35,182 bases of DNA from a virus: the IMG/VR virus record IMGVR_UViG_3300011583_000001, positions 1 through 35,182 of that record; one strand, given 5' to 3'. Below, one piece after another: positions 32,101-35,182 of this stretch. Below the pieces are notes generated by a model. That model ran no database searches and was not told where the DNA came from. It saw only the letters and a list, made by a program, of their open reading frames with translations. Positions within the stretch are counted from its first letter, which is position 1. Every line of letters starts with the position of its first letter. Position numbers and translations under genes: made by a program.

Positions 32101-32517
32101 CTAATTATTTAATTCTTTCTTTTCTCCATCCTTAAGTTGTGCTAATGCATCTTTTATCTTCTCTGGTATAGGTAATCCAAGTCCAGCACAATTCTCTAAT
32201 AGGCTAATTCCCTCATTGGCAATATAAAAGTAACACACCAATGTTCTAAATACCCAGGTACCCGTATTAAGCAATCTATCTAACATTACTGCAACTATTA
32301 GAACTACAAATATAACTGCTTTTCTTGCTATACCTCTTAAGCCTATGTCTGAACTTACTTCCTTGTTAATCCATGCTCTTAATAAGCCCGTAGCATAGTC
32401 TAATGCCATAAAGAGTATCAATACCACTATTGCAGTGTCCCATGTTCCTAATAGCCACGTTACACCTGTTCCTAAAGTCATTATCATTAGTTTAATGTAG
32501 TTTAATATTTTATCCAT
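32101..32517 (-). CDS. Holin (holin-4 / TcdE-like family)
   Basis: 138 aa, multi-TM. DYATGLLRAWINKEVSSDIGLRGIARKAVIF motif. Directly upstream of the endolysin gene. Confidence 0.75.
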   Translation of the reverse strand: MDKILNYIKLMIMTLGTGVTWLLGTWDTAIVVLILFMALDYATGLLRAWINKEVSSDIGLRGIARKAVIFVVLIVAVMLDRLLNTGTWVFRTLVCYFYIANEGISLLENCAGLGLPIPEKIKDALAQLKDGEKKELNN

Positions 32518-32544
32518 ATTACACCTTCCTTTTTCATTTTTTAA

Positions 32545-32577
32545 TATAAAAAAGAGACTAGATTTCTCTAATCTCTT
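32545..32577 (-). terminator. Terminator after the Wzy-like gene
   Basis: aagagactaga/tctaatctctt stem (1 mismatch), tttc loop, then TTTTTT on the minus strand. Confidence 0.55.
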
Positions 32578-32604
32578 AAGATCTATTTAGTTCGTAATAT
32601 CATT

Positions 32605-33879
32605 CTATTGTAAACTTTTGTTCTTATAAATTTCTAATGTGGATATATACCATCCTGCTAAAACTAAGCCTAAAAAAGTAGAAGATATTGCTTCTAGAAA
32701 CACATGACCTCCTAATAAACTAAAAATCAAAAGAACTATAGTGGCAACAAAATACGGTTTACATTGCCTATGTCTACGATATCTAAAATTAAAACATAAT
32801 TTTTTAATAACATATCCATAAGTCAATGATACTCCTATAATTCCATATGAATAAAAGATATCAAATAGATCTAGTTCTATAGGTCTTACTTCATTTAAGC
32901 CTTGTCCCCAAATTACTGCAATGCCATTGTGTATATTAAAATATCCACTACCAAATATACCTTTAAATATATTGAAGTCATTAAAAAATATATCTGTGCC
33001 TGTTTCTAATAGCCAGTTTCTCCCACTAAGTAAATAACTTACTAAATCTCTGTTTTCAAATAAATGCTTCTGTCTTCCGATTAATTCACTAATATATCCT
33101 CTATTTATTAAACTATCAAATTCATTATTTATTAATATAAATACACCTAAAATTGTTACAATCATAAATATGGAATATAAATATACTAATCTCCTCAAAG
33201 TTAGCTTTCGGGGTTTAAAGTGTATATTCATAGCTATGTATATAATAGGTATAAAAATCAAGAATATTAAACTCGATTTTGTTCCTAATAAAACCATAGG
33301 ATATACAATAGCTATATTAATAAATAACCATCTAATTTTACTTTTTGAATTTATTAAATTATCAAAAGCAAATACAAATAATACTATTAATGCAACGTTA
33401 ATTGAATTCAATGATAAGAAGGTTGATTTAAATCCTAATGATATATTTGCATAGCTAGTTTCCCCAATCTTTAAAACATAAGATATTAAAAATAAAAATG
33501 GTGTATAATAAAGATTGTTTAATATTATTTTATTAACATTACCTAGAGTGAATTTATTATTAATATATAAGCTCTTAATGGATTTAAATATTAATATATA
33601 ATAAATAGCCTTAAGTATCATTCTAGAGTCAAATATTATTCCATTTATATTTGATTTTACCATAAATGATATTGCTGCATTTAATATTAGAAATAAAGCC
33701 ATAAATATAACTAAATTAATTTCATCTCTCTTGTATTTAATTATAATTAATACACTTAATATAATAATTAATATCCTATAAACCTCACCTATAGGAAGTT
33801 TAACCCATATTCCATTTATAAAATCAATTAAAATTGTTATGGATAACAAATTATATAAAACTTTTCCGTATTTACTCAT
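32605..33879 (-). CDS. Polytopic membrane protein, O-antigen ligase/polymerase (Wzy)-like
   Basis: About 10 or more hydrophobic helices and a large loop region. The ATG at 33879 follows GGAGGG. It has its own promoter and terminator. Confidence 0.5.
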   Translation of the reverse strand: MSKYGKVLYNLLSITILIDFINGIWVKLPIGEVYRILIIILSVLIIIKYKRDEINLVIFMALFLILNAAISFMVKSNINGIIFDSRMILKAIYYILIFKSIKSLYINNKFTLGNVNKIILNNLYYTPFLFLISYVLKIGETSYANISLGFKSTFLSLNSINVALIVLFVFAFDNLINSKSKIRWLFINIAIVYPMVLLGTKSSLIFLIFIPIIYIAMNIHFKPRKLTLRRLVYLYSIFMIVTILGVFILINNEFDSLINRGYISELIGRQKHLFENRDLVSYLLSGRNWLLETGTDIFFNDFNIFKGIFGSGYFNIHNGIAVIWGQGLNEVRPIELDLFDIFYSYGIIGVSLTYGYVIKKLCFNFRYRRHRQCKPYFVATIVLLIFSLLGGHVFLEAISSTFLGLVLAGWYISTLEIYKNKSLQ

Positions 33880-33910
33880 TTCACCCTCCAATAAAAACTA
33901 TTGCTATATA

Positions 33911-33938
33911 ATAGTAACATTTTCGAGAAAAATTTCAA
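33911..33938 (-). promoter_or_regulatory. Promoter TTGAAA-16-(TGt)TACTAT for the Wzy-like gene
   Basis: Hexamers and the extended -10 TG read directly from the sequence. Confidence 0.45.
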
Positions 33939-33985
33939 TACTAAATTCTATTGTAACTATTAATTACATCCACTTTACAATAATA

Positions 33986-35182
33986 CTATATTGCTTTAAA
34001 TCTAATCCTAACAACGTGATTATTATTTGTTACATAAGGTTTTATTCCACCACCACTTGATATCTCACAATAGGCAGTTGTTCCATTGGTAATATAATCA
34101 AACCTTAACAATGCAGATGGTCTAAAGCCAACTGGAAGTACACAGCAATCAGTTCCTAAAGTTCCACTATTTGCTATAATATCTACATTTACATACCCTT
34201 CACTATCCCTATAGTATGTTCCCGTAGTGTTAGTAACCCATGCGTTTAGTGGTGTTATATTTACAAGTGATGTAGGTTGTTTTAATTTTACATCATAGCT
34301 AGGGTTTCCAGATTCATAAAAATCAGTTGTTGAATTGTCATGTAAATTTGGGAAATATACTTTATTCTTAGTTCCACTTATAACTGAAAGACCATATTTT
34401 TGTAATTTAACATCCCTATTATCCCAACATTCAACTTGACCTATTTTTGAGCCCACATTCTGATTTAACATTATTCCAGAACCATAAACATTATTTGAAA
34501 TATTATTGTTCCAACACTTAACATTATCACCTACATCAACCTTACAATTCATATCTGACCATATTCCAGAAACATAACTTTCGTAAAAGTCACAAAAATC
34601 AATTTTACAATCCAGACTATTTGTGAACACAATACCATGCCCTCCTGTATTTCCTTTGGATTTTCCATTAATTAACTTACATCGGTTAGCGGTATCAACT
34701 TTAATATTATTTCTTTTGTTTGTTTCTACAATAAAATTAATAATTTGAACGTCATTACTTCCCACAATAGTCACACCTTCGTAGTCATTATCCTTCGCAT
34801 TGATATTTGTAAATAGCCCTCTGTGTGCAGGAAATCCAACATGACCAAAGTTTACACCACTATATTTAGAATATGAGGATATAAAATTCCCACCAGAACA
34901 ATCTTCTCCATTTATACTTATATTTGAATATCCATTATTATCCGATGTTAGATTCCAAAACTCACTTCCATCGCATTTATTAGAACTTATTCCACTTCCT
35001 AAATTGTAAGAAGTTTTTGATTTATCAATTCTAACTTTGGAATTGCTAACGAATATGGCTGTTCCTTTATTGTTTTTACCATCTAAATACTCTGCAATTA
35101 TATTTATACAGTCTTTAAAAAATATACCAGAAGCAGGTGTATTTACTTGGTCTTCGGCATTTACAGTACTTTTAACATATAT
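33986..35182 (-). CDS. Tail fibre / receptor-binding protein, C-terminal part (parallel beta-helix, pectate-lyase/depolymerase-like); the last 63 nt duplicate 1..63
   Basis: The frame is open from 35182 down to the stop at 33986 (checked by hand). It contains repetitive N/G/S-rich beta-helix rungs (GGHGIVFTNSLDCKIDFCDFY, NNISNNVYGSGIMLNQN). Joined to 1..939 it gives a 690-aa protein. Confidence 0.7.
   Translation of the reverse strand: MYVKSTVNAEDQVNTPASGIFFKDCINIIAEYLDGKNNKGTAIFVSNSKVRIDKSKTSYNLGSGISSNKCDGSEFWNLTSDNNGYSNISINGEDCSGGNFISSYSKYSGVNFGHVGFPAHRGLFTNINAKDNDYEGVTIVGSNDVQIINFIVETNKRNNIKVDTANRCKLINGKSKGNTGGHGIVFTNSLDCKIDFCDFYESYVSGIWSDMNCKVDVGDNVKCWNNNISNNVYGSGIMLNQNVGSKIGQVECWDNRDVKLQKYGLSVISGTKNKVYFPNLHDNSTTDFYESGNPSYDVKLKQPTSLVNITPLNAWVTNTTGTYYRDSEGYVNVDIIANSGTLGTDCCVLPVGFRPSALLRFDYITNGTTAYCEISSGGGIKPYVTNNNHVVRIRFKAI
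35120..35182. repeat. Terminal direct repeat, copy 2
   Basis: Identical to 1..63. Confidence 0.95.

Larger units (their letters stand above)
1..35182. mobile_element. Circular siphovirus-type temperate phage-plasmid, about 35.1 kb unique sequence with a 63-bp closure overlap
   Basis: Complete HK97-like virion, lysis and immunity modules plus a ParMR partition operon and a RepA_N initiator. The window ends are identical and one ORF is continuous across them. Confidence 0.75.

Overview
The window is one complete, circularly closed mobile element with about 35.1 kb of unique sequence. Positions 1..63 are identical to 35120..35182, and a tail-fibre gene reads in frame across that junction. The DNA is visibly very AT-rich with Firmicute-type AGGAGG ribosome-binding sites, so a Clostridium-like host is my guess.

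Almost all genes are on the minus strand, and they form these blocks:
- **Virion module:** an HK97-type siphovirus set (HNH, TerS, TerL, portal, ClpP-like protease, capsid, connectors, major tail protein, G/GT chaperones with a canonical -1 slippery site, tape measure, Dit, Tal, fibre).
- **Lysis block:** a Wzy/O-antigen-ligase-like moron, a holin and an amidase endolysin.
- **Early/replication block:** a DnaD-like organiser, a DnaC-like loader, SSB, many small ORFs and an ArpU/sigma-like late regulator.
- **Immunity switch:** divergent cI-like and cro-like genes with three TATCAC/GTGATA operators.
- **Plasmid-maintenance block:** ParM/ParR with parC-like repeats, and a RepA_N initiator with internal iterons and a candidate antisense RNA.

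I therefore read the element as a phage-plasmid rather than an integrating prophage.

Two things deserve the closest follow-up. The first is an arbitrium-like HTH-TPR receptor with a secreted pro-peptide that carries the octapeptide DPGTLPPL twice, followed by an independently promoted 40-codon ORF that converges on the repressor gene. The second is an orphan three-gene module (membrane protein, small membrane protein, 795-aa P-loop ATPase) that resembles VirB2/VirB3/VirB4.

All family assignments are motif-level recognition by eye. No searches were run.
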